Shown piece by piece: positions 49,777 to 62,569 of a DNA stretch of 64,000 bases. The stretch is from Octopus bimaculoides (taxonomy: Eukaryota), in NCBI RefSeq assembly GCF_001194135.2, contig NC_068990.1, positions 27,830,705 through 27,894,704 of the forward strand, written 5' to 3'. Numbering within the stretch: the stretch's first letter is position 1; the number at the start of each line of letters is the position of its first letter. The notes under the pieces are model-generated. The model was given only the letters and a program-made list of their open reading frames with translations. It did not search any database and had not been told where the DNA came from. Both the position numbers and the translations under genes were made by a program.

Positions 49777-50924
49777 GTAAAAGAAATATATCATCATTTG
49801 CGTATTGCAAATGGAGCAGGCACTGACTGAAGCTCTAGATGTGGCAAAAAGAGATGCAAGCAAATACAATCTGCAATTTCATATTTCATTTGCTTCCATA
49901 TATTTTAATAACCGGTTTAAATGTTGCTAGTTTGATTGGCTATTTGGTTGATTTGTTGGTGGATTTCTTCAGTCACGCTTTACAACGTTTAGACAGAGAT
50001 AGAGAGAGTTTTTTAGAATGACTTAACATAAGTGATGCAAGAAGAGTGCATATACGTCTTTCATTCATTTCGTGTTCGATAAAATAAAGTACAAGTCGAG
50101 CCCTAAGCCCGATGTAATCGGCTACACCCCACCCGTTAAATTTAATGGCCTTGAACTAAAATTAGAAGCAATTATTTTTGGTATCGATTCCTATTGTATG
50201 TATTTCATTGATGATGGATGTCAAAACAGAAAATCTTCCACTTGCCAAATAAGGGTCCTACCTGCGGTATTAAACTGTATTTCATGTTATTCTTTTGAAT
50301 AATTTCTTGTTGAAGCTTTTGACAAACGTATCGATGTTTTCCGATATTAAGATGACTTACGAACGATCATAGTAACCCTGATGTGATCACCATTTCACAT
50401 TTTCACCGTGAAATGTTGATTATACTTTTAACTTCTTAGAAAGCCTCAAGAATGTGGTTTGGGCATCATTTGACTGATATTTATTTTTGAAATTCGTGTC
50501 AGGCATTAGCTTCCAAATTTATCGGTTTATCTAGCGATTTCAACTGGTTGAATATTCAAATATTTCCTTGAAGGATTTTCATTCGATATCGCATCCGTTT
50601 ATGCACTACTAACTCGTTTTGTATCTAAAAACGTGTTACTAATTAAAGGCAATTTGCAAAAACGGTCAGACATCAACAGGATGATACAAATAATTCAATA
50701 AATAACAGCAAAAACTTTTTTTAAAAAACGGCAATAACAATAAAATGTAGACAATAAAATGCAGGAGAAAGAAAGCATGATAAAAAATAAAAAAAAGGAG
50801 CATATTAAAGAGTGCTAGTGATGTGAGTTCTCTTTAAAATATTGCAGATAAAACCTAATTTAACGGTGTCATCAGCATACTTGTTTATGATGATCAGAAT
50901 CATTTATTACTGTCATTTCACGTT

Positions 50925-50944
50925 CGTCATCGTCGTTGTCGTCG

Positions 50945-50985
<41 letters not shown>

Positions 50986-51321
50986 GTCGCTGTCGTTGTT
51001 GTCGTCCTCCTCGTCGTCTTCGCTGCTCCTGCCAACGTCACCACCACCACCACCACCAACACCACCATCGCCGCCACAACCACCGTCACCAGTACCGTCG
51101 TCACCCTTGTTTCTCCTCAAATGTATTGATATCATCATCTTTTTACAACTACAGCGTCCATCTCAGCTATCTCCTCAACCATCATCATCATCATCATCCT
51201 CATCCTCATCATCATCATCACCACTATAACCGTTGTCGTCGCCATAATCATCATCGTCGTCGTCGTCGTCGTCATCATCTTCACCTTCGTCGTCATCATC
51301 ATCATCACCACCATCATCACC

Positions 51322-51373
<52 letters not shown>

Positions 51374-51830
51374 CCGTCGTCGTCGTCATCATCATCATCG
51401 TCATCATCACCGTTATCACCATCAACTTCGTCACCATCCCCATCATCATCCTCTTCATTATCATCATCAAAGTAGCCGTCGTCTTCTTCGCCGTCGCCGT
51501 TATTCTAGCCTTCGACTACCTCCACTCGTTCTCCCTCTCCTCTTCCCCCCCCCAGCTCCCATCTTCTTCCTTCTTACCAGAAAGCAGTAGTACAAATAAC
51601 CACTGCTGGCATTATCAATTCAGCATCAAATAAGCATTAACTTCCAATCACATACTCGTTAGTATCACGACTACACACCGTTACTACCAAACTAATCATC
51701 GATGCCATTACCTTCTTCATCATCATATTCTTGGTTCTGCTGGTCGTCACCATTATCACCACCAACACCACCGCCAACGCCACCAACACTACGATATTCA
51801 TTGTTTTTTTTTTTCCTTTTTATTTCTGTT
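50925..51830. repeat. Compound (ATC)/(GTC)/(CAC) trinucleotide tract
   Basis: In-register mixtures of cat, cgt, cac and ctt triplets. Confidence 0.9.
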
Positions 51831-52001
51831 AAAACCAACTTGTAATATTAGCAAGACGAACCGACGACAGGATCGCTACATGAGTCCACATAGGTTTGCT
51901 AGAAATAGCAGGCTAACTTTGCGCCAATTATTCGATTTTCTCTACAATAAAGGAAGAAGTGTAGAATACAGTTCTATATTTAAGAGCTGGGCAATTATTT
52001 A

Positions 52002-52240
52002 CATTATTTACATTATTTACATTTGACGGATATTTGACCTCATCTTGTTTGTTGTTAACACAATGTCTCGGCTGATATACCCTCCAGCCTTCATCAGGTG
52101 TATTGGGGAAATTTCAAACCTGGGTTCTCATTTCCCCAAGACACCAGATGAAGGCTGGAAGGTATATCAGCCGAAACGTTGTGTTAACAACAAGCGAGAT
52201 GAGGACAAATATCCGTCAAATGTAAATAATGTAAATAATG
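52002..52240. mobile_element. Inverted pair of PLE-like terminal repeats, each with an HHR remnant
   Basis: Arms 52002-52112 and 52130-52240 (111 bp, 8 mismatches by manual alignment), 17-bp spacer. Confidence 0.9.
52140..52185 (+). ncRNA. Minimal type I HHR, one core substitution (U4>A)
   Basis: gacac-CAGATGA-A-GGCTG-gaaggtatat-CAGCC-GAAA-C-GTT-gtgtt. Confidence 0.7.
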
Positions 52241-53334
52241 AAGAGAAGAATGTTTAGAGTACTTTCAAAGTTCAAAATATATGATATCATGAAGGACAAT
52301 AGTTTTAAGACAGGATATCTGGCATCATGGGTGTGAAGTAAGAAAATATACTACGANNNNNNNNNNNNNNNNNNNNNNNNNNNNNNNNNNNNNNNNNNNN
52401 NNNNNNNNNNNNNNNNNNNNNNNNNNNNNNNNNNNNNNNNNNNNNNNNNNNNNNNNNNNNNNNNNNNNNNNNNNNNNNNNNNNNNNNNNNNNNNNNNNNN
52501 NNNNNNNNNNNNNNNNNNNNNNNNNNNNNNNNNNNNNNNNNNNNNNNNNNNNNNNNNNNNNNNNNNNNNNNNNNNNNNNNNNNNNNNNNNNNNNNNNNNN
52601 NNNNNNNNNNNNNNNNNNNNNNNNNNNNNNNNNNNNNNNNNNNNNNNNNNNNNNNNNNNNNNNNNNNNNNNNNNNNNNNNNNNNNNNNNNNNNNNNNNNN
52701 NNNNNNNNNNNNAGGAGGAGGAGGAGGAGGAGGAGGAAGATGAAGAGGATTTTTATGATGATAAGGATGATGATGATAACGACGGCTGTGAGACTGCTGA
52801 TGACGACGGCTATGAGATCGATGATGATGATAATCATCATTATCATCATGGTCACCATCATGAACATCATCATCAGCGTTATTATCATCATCATCATCCT
52901 CATCATCATCATCATCATCATCATTATTATTATCATCATCATCATCATCATCATCACGACTTTCCACGTTAATGGGAATAAAATAAAGACGTATAAGGTT
53001 CCGTTATAAGAACAGAACGAGCAAAAAATGGAGGTGAAAATAGAGTATAGCAATAGAAAAGCAGAAAAGATGCCAATTAATAGTAAATTAAATAAAACAC
53101 ACCTGAAAACGTGTGTTGAATTAAATATCCAGTGAGTGTTTTATAATCTCTGAGAAAATATTCCGGTCCATTAGGGAATTCATTATGTCCGGACTGATTA
53201 AACAGTATTTAATCCAAATTACGCTGGGATTAACTACAACGAAATCCTCAAACGTCTACACCACTCTTGTCCCAGAATTCTGAAACATAATTTCCTTTAT
53301 ATCATGCTGATGCATTGACAAAAGGACGAAATGG

Positions 53335-53484
53335 TGCTATACCTCCTTTGCTTGCCTGATGCTTATTCGATGTGTTTCTTTTACCGAACCGCTTACTTGT
53401 GAGGACGTAAACACACCAACACCGGGCGTCAAGTGGTGATGGAGGACAAACATAAACACAAAGTCACACGCACACACACATACA

Positions 53485-53523
<39 letters not shown>

Positions 53524-53668
53524 GACAAGCTTCTTTCAGTTTCCGTCTACCAAATTCATCACAAGGCCGGAGACAACTGTAGAGGTCAGTTGGCCAAGTT
53601 TTCGTGTATCAGGACTGAAACGGAATCATGAATCGGCATCGAACTTCTTACCGCACAGCTACCTCTCA
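53335..53668 (-). mobile_element. SINE family B with internal (TA)/(CA) microsatellite
   Basis: ggacgtaaacacaccaacaccgg...[microsatellite]...cgac.agcttctttcagtttccgtctaccaaat...cttcttacc.cacagc. Confidence 0.85.
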
Positions 53669-54620
53669 AACTATTTGTATAAAGGTATTTAAGATATTTG
53701 CTATGAGGAGAAAAATTATTAAATAACTATAATTCTGTACATTTTCGCATTTCTTCGTTTAAAAATCCAGACTTCTGATCTCACCAGAATAGATTATGCG
53801 CTCTAATTTTCATTAGTTATCTGCGAATTGTAATCACTGTGGTTCCATTGTGTCGAGCCGTTTTCATCCGGTCCATACCATATTATTAAGAGGAAGATAG
53901 TTTTTATGAAATAATTAGAAATGTCTTCGACTGAAGAACAATAAGACAATGTGTCAAAACTGCTCTCCTGCTTTCAGAGAATTTCGTATGACGTGCAAGA
54001 AAATATTTTATTTCTAGTGTTAGATGTGTTGAACAAAACATAAAATAATAATAACAGGCTGGCCACAAATGAAATACTTCTTAGCAGGCTTGGTCAAATA
54101 AAGCCAGGCTAAAGCGATACAATAACAAAAACAAGAGCTATTGAGTAACTGATAAAATATATATAGATATATTGCAGACACTACTGTTGAACATTATTTC
54201 GTCTACACTAAACACAGCGAAAATGTTGAGTTTTTCTTTATAATTTTTTTCATAAAAGCACAGGAACAATACATTTGGTTTTGTGTGAGATCACTGATTC
54301 TATTGTTAGAGACTTATATTTGCAGAACGAAATAAAGAATGCATACGTTTGAACTTGTTTTTGGATATTATTTTGTTTCGCATTTGTTGTTTAAATAGTC
54401 TTTGTAATATTATTTCTGTAGTTTTCAATTTTAGAATAGTCTACTGCAGAAATATCAGCATTTGCAAATTTTAAAATTTGTATCAATTGGGAGAGACCAA
54501 CTTCTGAGTATATCCACAAGCATATATGCGCTTTTGCACACACATACAGAGAGAGGGGGGGAAGAGAGGGAGAGAGAGGGAGAGATAGGGGCGAGAAACA
54601 GACAGACAGACAGACACACA

Positions 54621-54656
<36 letters not shown>

Positions 54657-55000
54657 CATTTGATATACACAATTTACAAAAGTGCTACTAATATTTTCAT
54701 GATTTAGAGATACAATAGTTTGACAGATTTATATAGCATGCTATGTATCTCCAAGGAATCTTTCGGACTCAAAGTATGTCACTAAATATTTACTTAAAAA
54801 CCTGAAGGTTGGTCTATGAAGAAGCATGAGAAAAAATCAAGAAGAAAATAACGCGAAGAAGTTTGAGGCAAAGAGTGAAAGGTGAAGAAATAAATGAAGA
54901 CCAAGATCTTCGGGCTGTTTGTATACAGAAATCATAATATACCTGATGTAGAATAACATACAAGAAAGAAGGTAGATATCTGAGATAGCTACCCAATACA

Positions 55001-55228
55001 GAGCGAGCTGGCAGAAACGTTAGCACGCCGGGCGAAATTCTTAGCGGTATTTCGTCTGACGTTACATTCTGAGTTCAAATTCCGCCGAGGTCAACTTGGC
55101 CTTTCATCCTTTCGGGGTCGATTAAATAAGTACCAGTTAAGCACTGGGGTTGATGTAATCGACTCAATCCCTTTGTCTGTCCTTGTTTGTCCCCTCTATG
55201 TTTATCCCCTTGTGGGCAATAAAAAAAT
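55001..55228 (+). mobile_element. SINE family A, well preserved
   Basis: gcgagctggcagaaacgttagcacgccgggcgaaat...gagttcaaattccgccgaggtc...ctttcatcctttcggggtcga; B-box-like GAGTTCAAATTCC. Confidence 0.9.
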
Positions 55229-56458
55229 AAATTCGGAGCGAATGGTGTTCTCGAAACTTATTTACATGCTTGCATTTTCTAAAAATTTAGGATCTGGCAC
55301 TAAGATGTGTGATAGAATTCTTGGGACTAAAAAGGATGTGCAGAGTTTCAGCTACACATAACTTTCATCCCTTTATTTATATAAAGCGTAGATTACTTCA
55401 CGCTTTCCCACTTGTATGTGGTGTACAGTCGGTCTTCAGAGGCCAGAAAAATATGATTCATTATTCTATTCATGTGTCACGCTTGTACAATTGAGGCATG
55501 TGTTCGCTGAGATTGCTGACCTTCTTTTCTCACGTATACATATCCACACGAGATACACCTACGTACTTTACAAAGGGAGGTTTCCTTCCTACAAGAGATG
55601 TTCAAAATAAGAACGCAGATGTCTTCGAAATAATGAAAATATAAAAATTACTTAAGCCACACGTTTCATTGTGCCGGTGAAATAATTGCTACTTTCGTCT
55701 CGACCCTGAATTATATTTATCAAGCACTGAATTTAAATCCTTCAGTTTGGCTTTGAAGTGTTTCACAGATAATACCAGGTAATACTTGTCAATCACGGTG
55801 ATGTGTAGATTTGAACCTTGATCCCACTCTCTGTTGAAGAACTTCCTCCTGGCTCAGAGGCATCGGGTATTAAATGGAGTATGTTCAACCCTCTCAGAAT
55901 GAGAACGGTGAGATCAAAAGTTGCACTGGAATGATTAGACTACAAGACCGGATTAATTACTTGTAAATGCGAAGGAACAGACCATAATCTGGAATACTGC
56001 CTTGTCTGACCTCCATAACGTAACCCCTGCAACTCAAAAGACCTTTCCAGAGTACAATAAAAATACAAAAAACTGCGTAAACAAGTGGGAAACGGGAATA
56101 TAACCATTACGCTTCGAAGGATCGAAAGAAAAAGAATTATGAACGTTAAAGATGTCATCACGTAATTCGAAATATGAGCGTGAAAGACTTGATTTTAAAC
56201 ATTAGCGCTTGGGAACACATTTTATCGGAAAGGCTACGCAATTAAATGTCCTGCTGTTCTCCAATGACACTTACTATTGACAGAGCAGCAAAATCAAAGC
56301 AAGATTTGATTTTTTAATCAGAGATGAATGAAATGTAACAAAACTGAATTTTTAAACAAGTCATATTCTAAGGAGTCTTAATGAATCCGTCAATATTCTT
56401 CTTCTTCTTGTTATTATTATTATCATCATTAATAATAATAGTAATAATAGCAATAATG

Positions 56459-56544
<86 letters not shown>

Positions 56545-56830
56545 CGTTTCCACATTAGGCACAAGGTTTAAAATTTTTAGAGAGGGTTCTGGACGATTAC
56601 ATCGACGCCATTGCTCAACTGGTAATTATTCAATGACCCCTATGAGATGAAAAGCAAAGTTTACCTTGGCATAATATTCTTTCAAGTATAAGCACAAAGC
56701 GTGAAATATTTAGGGGTGGGGACTAGTTGATTATACAGAAAACACTGTTGAGCTGGTAATTATTTTATTGAACTTGAAAGGATGAAAGGTGGACGAAATG
56801 TCGCTAAAAGTTTTGTCCGGCCTCTCCGCT
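56545..56830 (-). mobile_element. Two tandem partial SINE family A copies
   Basis: ggcacaagg...acatcgac...ctggtaattatt...gatgaaaagcaaagt occurs twice in succession. Confidence 0.7.
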
Positions 56831-56969
56831 CACTAGTTTGGTATTAAGATATGAACATTTGAAACGGCGCTCTGTATCGCAGTGCCCAAATTTGCATTTA
56901 CCATGTGGTTCCCAAATTTTGAAAAAAGATCAATTAAGGGTTAGATTAGCCACGGTGATTATTCTCAAG

Positions 56970-57148
56970 ACGGCGAGCTGAGCGTTATTTCGTCTGTCTT
57001 TACGTTCTGTGTTCAAATTCCGCTGAGGTCGACTTTGCCTTTCATCCTTACGGGTTTGATAAATTAAGTATCAGTTGCGTACTATGGTCTATCTAATCGA
57101 CCGGCCTCCCCCCAAACATTTCGGGCCTTGTGCCGAGAGTAGCAAAGA
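56970..57148 (+). mobile_element. SINE family A with internal head deletion
   Basis: ggcgagctg//agcg.tatttcgtctgtctttacgttctg.gttcaaattccgc.gaggtcgactttgcctttcatcc...gggccttgtgcc. Confidence 0.85.
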
Positions 57149-57784
57149 ATGTTCATGTTAGATCAAATGTAATTTTTTCTGCAATTAAATTGTTGAAATG
57201 AAAAATGCAACTATTTCCTTCGGTCACATGTATGTACGAATGTATATATGCATGTATGTATGTATGCATGTACGTATGTATGTCCTTACAAACATCCACC
57301 GGCAAAATGTTAACTGCAAATCATCAAGCTCACTAATGCTATTGTCTGAGCCAAACTTATTGCTTTTCTATGCTAAATAAATCAATATAAATTAACAAGT
57401 AATCGTTGCATTTTATGAGAAAAAATCTGATAGAATTCAATCAAAGAGAACAAGTTGAGCAGAGAAAATATTCCTCATAAAAATGAAAATATTGATCCCC
57501 TCAAATAAAAACTGGTCGTTGTGGATTGTGAAAAATGAAAGAGATATATTGATTCCTTTAGTTTGTATGAATGTAGTAATCTCAGTAGATTAAGCCATTA
57601 AACCAGTCAGTAATTTCCTGTTGAGATTAGTCGGCACCGCTCAAAGCGATTTTCTTTTACTTTGCGCCTGTGTGTGTGTGAAACGGGGCACGAAATATCA
57701 CAGACCCGGGGACAACTCGTGTAGAGTTGTAAATCACCATAAGTTAACATGTTGTGGAATTGGTCACGATCGTAATACAGCTGT

Positions 57785-57826
57785 TGACAGTAATGATGAT
57801 GATGATGATAGTGGTGGTGATGATGA

Positions 57827-57858
<32 letters not shown>

Positions 57859-58484
57859 ATGATGATGATGATGATGATGAAGTGGAGGGGAGGGGAGGGG
57901 GAGGAGGAGGAAGTGCTGTAGTAGGAGGAAGACGAGGAGATGCAGAAGAAGGTCGAGTAGGAGGAGGTACAACATGATGATGTTGAACTGGAGGAGTGGA
58001 TGAGGAGGAAGAGTAGTAGGAGGTAAAAAATGATGATGTGGTGAAGGAGGAAGAATAGGGGAAATAAAGGTGGAGGAGGACGAGTAGAACCAGACATATG
58101 ATGGTGATGATGAAGATGAAGATTAAGTGGAGGAGGAGATACAAGAGAAGGAGGATGCGTAGAAGGAGGTTCATTGTGCTGATTATGTTGATGATCGTGA
58201 TAATGATGATGAGAAGTTGGAAGTGAAAGGGGAGACGAAGGAAGGTCGCGAGGGTGCAAATGAGAATGAGAAGAGGTGGGAGAAGGTGAGGATGACGATC
58301 ATGACGACGATGACGGCAACAATGATGATGATGATGGTGGTGATTACGAAAATTTACATTACGTTGCAAATGATGATGTCGGTGATTAAGATGACGATAC
58401 TGTTAATCACCATGAAGGAAATCATGCTACGATATATTTCGCCGATGATGATGATGGTGATGATGGTTGTGGTGGTGGTGGTGG

Positions 58485-58517
<33 letters not shown>

Positions 58518-58615
58518 CAACGATAACGACGACGACGACGAAGATTATAATGATGATGGTGATGATGGTGGTGATGGTGATGCTTGTTCTGATGGTGATG
58601 AAGGGATTCCAGTGA
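57785..58615. repeat. Compound (GAT)/(GGT)/(GGA) trinucleotide tract
   Basis: Opposite strand polarity to the 50.9 and 60.1 kb tracts. Confidence 0.9.
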
Positions 58616-58650
58616 AGTCGTTTCACGAGACATACTATGGAAAAAATATC

Positions 58651-59088
58651 TATTTTTACTCACTGCACCCAGGGCTCCGACAATTACTGGTACTACTGCT
58701 ACCTTTTTCATCGACCACAACTGCTTAACCTCCAAAGCTAATCTATCATATCTTTCGTCTTTTCTTTCTTCCTTATGGCATACCTTGTTGTCAGCTGGGC
58801 ATGCTATATCTATGATCCAGCATAGTTCGTTTTCTTTCTCAATTAACACTATGTCTGGCTTCCTATTCTCTATCTCATGGTCGCACTGAATTATAAAATC
58901 CCATAAGATCTTTGCATTTCTATTTTCGACGATGCCTTCAGGTTTGTGGTCGTACCAATCTTTTGCTCTGTCCAATCCATACTTGTTGCAAAGTGTCCAA
59001 TGTAGAAGCCTGGGCATATTGTCGGAGTGTCTCTTATATTCCTTCTGGGCTAGTGGCCTACATTGATCGGTAATATGCCATGCGGTTT
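58651..59088 (-). mobile_element. R4/Dong zinc-knuckle-to-RLE fragment
   Basis: LLHWTLCNKYG...WYDHKPEG...ILWDFIIQCDHEIENRKPDIVLIEK...IIDIACPAD...ERYDRL...VVPVIVGALG; 5' end abuts the TTA tract. Confidence 0.92.
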
Positions 59089-59118
59089 CAATTTATTATT
59101 ATTATTATTATAATTATC

Positions 59119-59157
<39 letters not shown>

Positions 59158-59188
59158 GTTGTTGTTGTTGTTGTTGTTGTTATTGTTG

Positions 59189-59247
<59 letters not shown>

Positions 59248-59793
59248 GAGTGAGAGAGCAGTGCATGCCATGAAAGTGACACTGGGGTAAAGTATTCGAA
59301 GCCCAATATACCCATCATGACTACCCGTCTGATAAGGGTACACCAGGCACATGCATCACAACCATATGTGCGCGACATGGCGATCTCATATCAAGATAAA
59401 CAGTGCATGACCTTGCTGGTGGGGCCCAGTTAGAATTTTCTTCGGGTCGAGTAGCCCATCCCGCTCAAAACGTCCCTGAATAAGGTTTGTTTAAGGATAT
59501 GGAGCAAAACACCCATGTTTCCAAAGGTGAATTATTCAAATCCTAAAGAATTCCTCTCAACACATGGCTATGATGCTCTCCCACTACTTCTGCTCATGAT
59601 CAGAGATGCACATATCGTCAGCCCCCAAGGGACATGTTCAACTGGTTAAGGTCAAACAACTGACAAGCAAATCCTTGGTATTAAGCAGAGCATTTACTGT
59701 AGCCTATCTTTTATACCAAAACAAAACAATGTACATGATAACACTTCCAATCAATTAAGATCAGAAGCCATGAGAGCCACTGCCTGGTACTGC
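59248..59793 (-). mobile_element. Second full copy of the 547-bp TAA-flanked element
   Basis: Reverse complement of 37437-37983 end to end; (TTA)n on both sides. Confidence 0.9.
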
Positions 59794-59807
59794 ATTATTA
59801 TTATTAT

Positions 59808-59849
<42 letters not shown>

Positions 59850-60109
59850 CAGCAGCATAAAATGCACCTCGCATTTGTATAGCATTTCTCAAAATCCTTG
59901 TTTTGAGTTTTCATTCTATTACTTTTCGAATTATTACTGGATGATCCCTGCTATTTTACGAGATTGCAAAATTAATTTGCAGTTTTACAAATTAGAAATT
60001 TTTAATTAAATTAAATATAATTTAATTTAGGAGAGGAAAACCTGTTATTATATTTCTTTCAAAATATTCTCTCTTCACTATCGTCAAGCTGAAATAACAT
60101 CAAACAGGA

Positions 60110-60190
60110 AAGACAACCGCCATCACCGTTAATATACTTGCATCAAATTTTCATCAAAAATAACGAAACCGCCGTCGTCTTCTGCAACAG

Positions 60191-60221
<31 letters not shown>

Positions 60222-60326
60222 AGCAGCAGTAGCTGCAACGTCAGCACCGCCATCACCATCCCACCATCTTCATCGTCATCGTCAATAACATCAACAAGAA
60301 AATCGTTGCAACCCAATATCATCATT

Positions 60327-60375
<49 letters not shown>

Positions 60376-60546
60376 ATAACACTACCACCAACACCACCAC
60401 CATCACCGTCGTCGTCGTCGTCGTCGTCATCGCCACGAAAAGTAAAGAGTTCACTCTATCAGAGTTACTTCTGTCCGTCTAATAACCCCCATTGCCATCA
60501 TCCTCATCTTCATTAATATCATCATCATTTTCATACTCATCCTTCT

Positions 60547-60583
<37 letters not shown>

Positions 60584-61050
60584 GTCTACGTTTTCCTCCT
60601 CGTTCTCATTCTCACCGTCATCATCATCATCATCATTACTATCGTCGTCCCCGTCGTCATCAGCATTATTTCAGACAACACCACCACAACCATAACCATC
60701 AGCATCGTCCTCATTATCATCATCATCATCATCATCATCGTCATCATCATCATAAAAATAGCAACAATCAAATTTTCATTGTCTTCGCCATTAGTTACCC
60801 CCAACTTTTTCCAAATCAAAATTGCAGTCATCACTTCCATAGTTAACAGCATCGCTTGTATTATTCAAACCACTCCAACAAAAACCTTTATTGATATAAT
60901 CAACTTCACCATCATTATCATCATCATCACCATCACCATCACCACCACCACCACTACCACTACCACTACCACACCTATCACCATCATCATCAACATCATC
61001 GTTTTCACCGTCTTCTTCATCGTCACCGCCACCACTACCTCCATCATATA
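60110..61050. repeat. Compound (ATC)/(CAC)/(GTC) trinucleotide tract
   Basis: Direct inspection. Confidence 0.9.
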
Positions 61051-61318
61051 TTGGCAATATGCAAAGATTTTTTTTTTCTTTCATTTTTGTCTATGCGTTT
61101 GTCGCAATCATTTTAAAAAGAAGTCTTCATTAAAAGATATAATTAGGTGAGTGTTCTTAGCTTCTTTTAGTTTTTTTTTTTAAGTTTTGCGTTATTTTAA
61201 GGACCTATTTTTTCACACACACTATAACACACGTATTACACACACGTTAATACGTATGCGTGTATGATAACATACATATATGTGCGTATTTGTGTGCATG
61301 TGTATGTTTGTGCGTATG

Positions 61319-61368
<50 letters not shown>

Positions 61369-61580
61369 CATACGCTTGCAAACACGCTGCATACATACTC
61401 AAACACATACATACACGTATGTTCTACGCAATCATTTCTTTTAAATAAACTTTTAATTCCTTGTTTATATTTTTTTTTCTTGGTTGGAAACAAGATTTTA
61501 TTTTATATTTTTTTCCAAAATGGACATACTTATTGATTGGTTACAACGATGACACTGCGAATATGAAGATATCATTGTTG

Positions 61581-61639
<59 letters not shown>

Positions 61640-62348
61640 GCCTTTGCACAGGTTCTGACGCTGGAGATGTACTACAGTGTCTTCTGTTCACTACCAGTGA
61701 ACTATGGTAACACCTTTTATTTTTCGAGCACCTTCCGGAATATTCGAGTGGTTCCAAGCAGTGCTGTTTTCTGCAAGTGCTCCACCATTATTGCAGCTCA
61801 TATTTGTTCCATGTACTTCTCGAGATGTTTACTCACTGTTCCCAGGGCTCCGAGAATTATTGGTACTACTGCTACTTTTTTCAGCCACCACAACTGCTTA
61901 ACTTCCCAAGCTAACCTGTCGTATCTCTCGACTTTTCTTTCTTCCTTGTCGCATACCTTGTTGTCAGCTGGACATGCTATATCTATGATCCAGCATAGTT
62001 TGTTTCTTTCTCAATTAAGATTATGTCTGGCTTCCTATTTTCTATCTCATGGCTGCACTGAATTATAAACTCCCATAGGTTCTTTGCATTTCTATTTTCG
62101 ACGATGCATTCAGGTTGGAGTTGTACCAATGTTTTGCTCTGTCAAATCCATACTTGTTGCAAAGTGTCCAATGGACAAGCCTTGCTATATTGTCGTGGCG
62201 TCTCTTATATTCTTTCTGGGCTAGTGGCGTACATTGGTTGGTAATATGCCATACGGTTCCTCCGTTTTGTCAACAGATTCTGCACTTATCACTTTCGGCT
62301 GTGATGTCTACTCTGTATTTTATGTAGTTTGTTCGTAGTGCAAGGTCT
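61640..62348 (-). mobile_element. R4/Dong 5'-truncated copy (zinc knuckle, RLE, 3' UTR)
   Basis: LRTNYIKYRVD....DKCRIC...HI...C..LAQKEYKRRHD...RKPDI...; 3' UTR matches 44870-44930; (AAT)n at both junctions. Confidence 0.92.
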
Positions 62349-62357
62349 ATTATTATT

Positions 62358-62413
<56 letters not shown>

Positions 62414-62414
62414 C

Positions 62415-62483
<69 letters not shown>

Positions 62484-62569
62484 GATAATTTCGTTCTGGA
62501 TTCTCTTGATGCTGATGCTGGTGGTGATAACAATTATTGATGATAATTATTACGATCGTTATCAACGTC

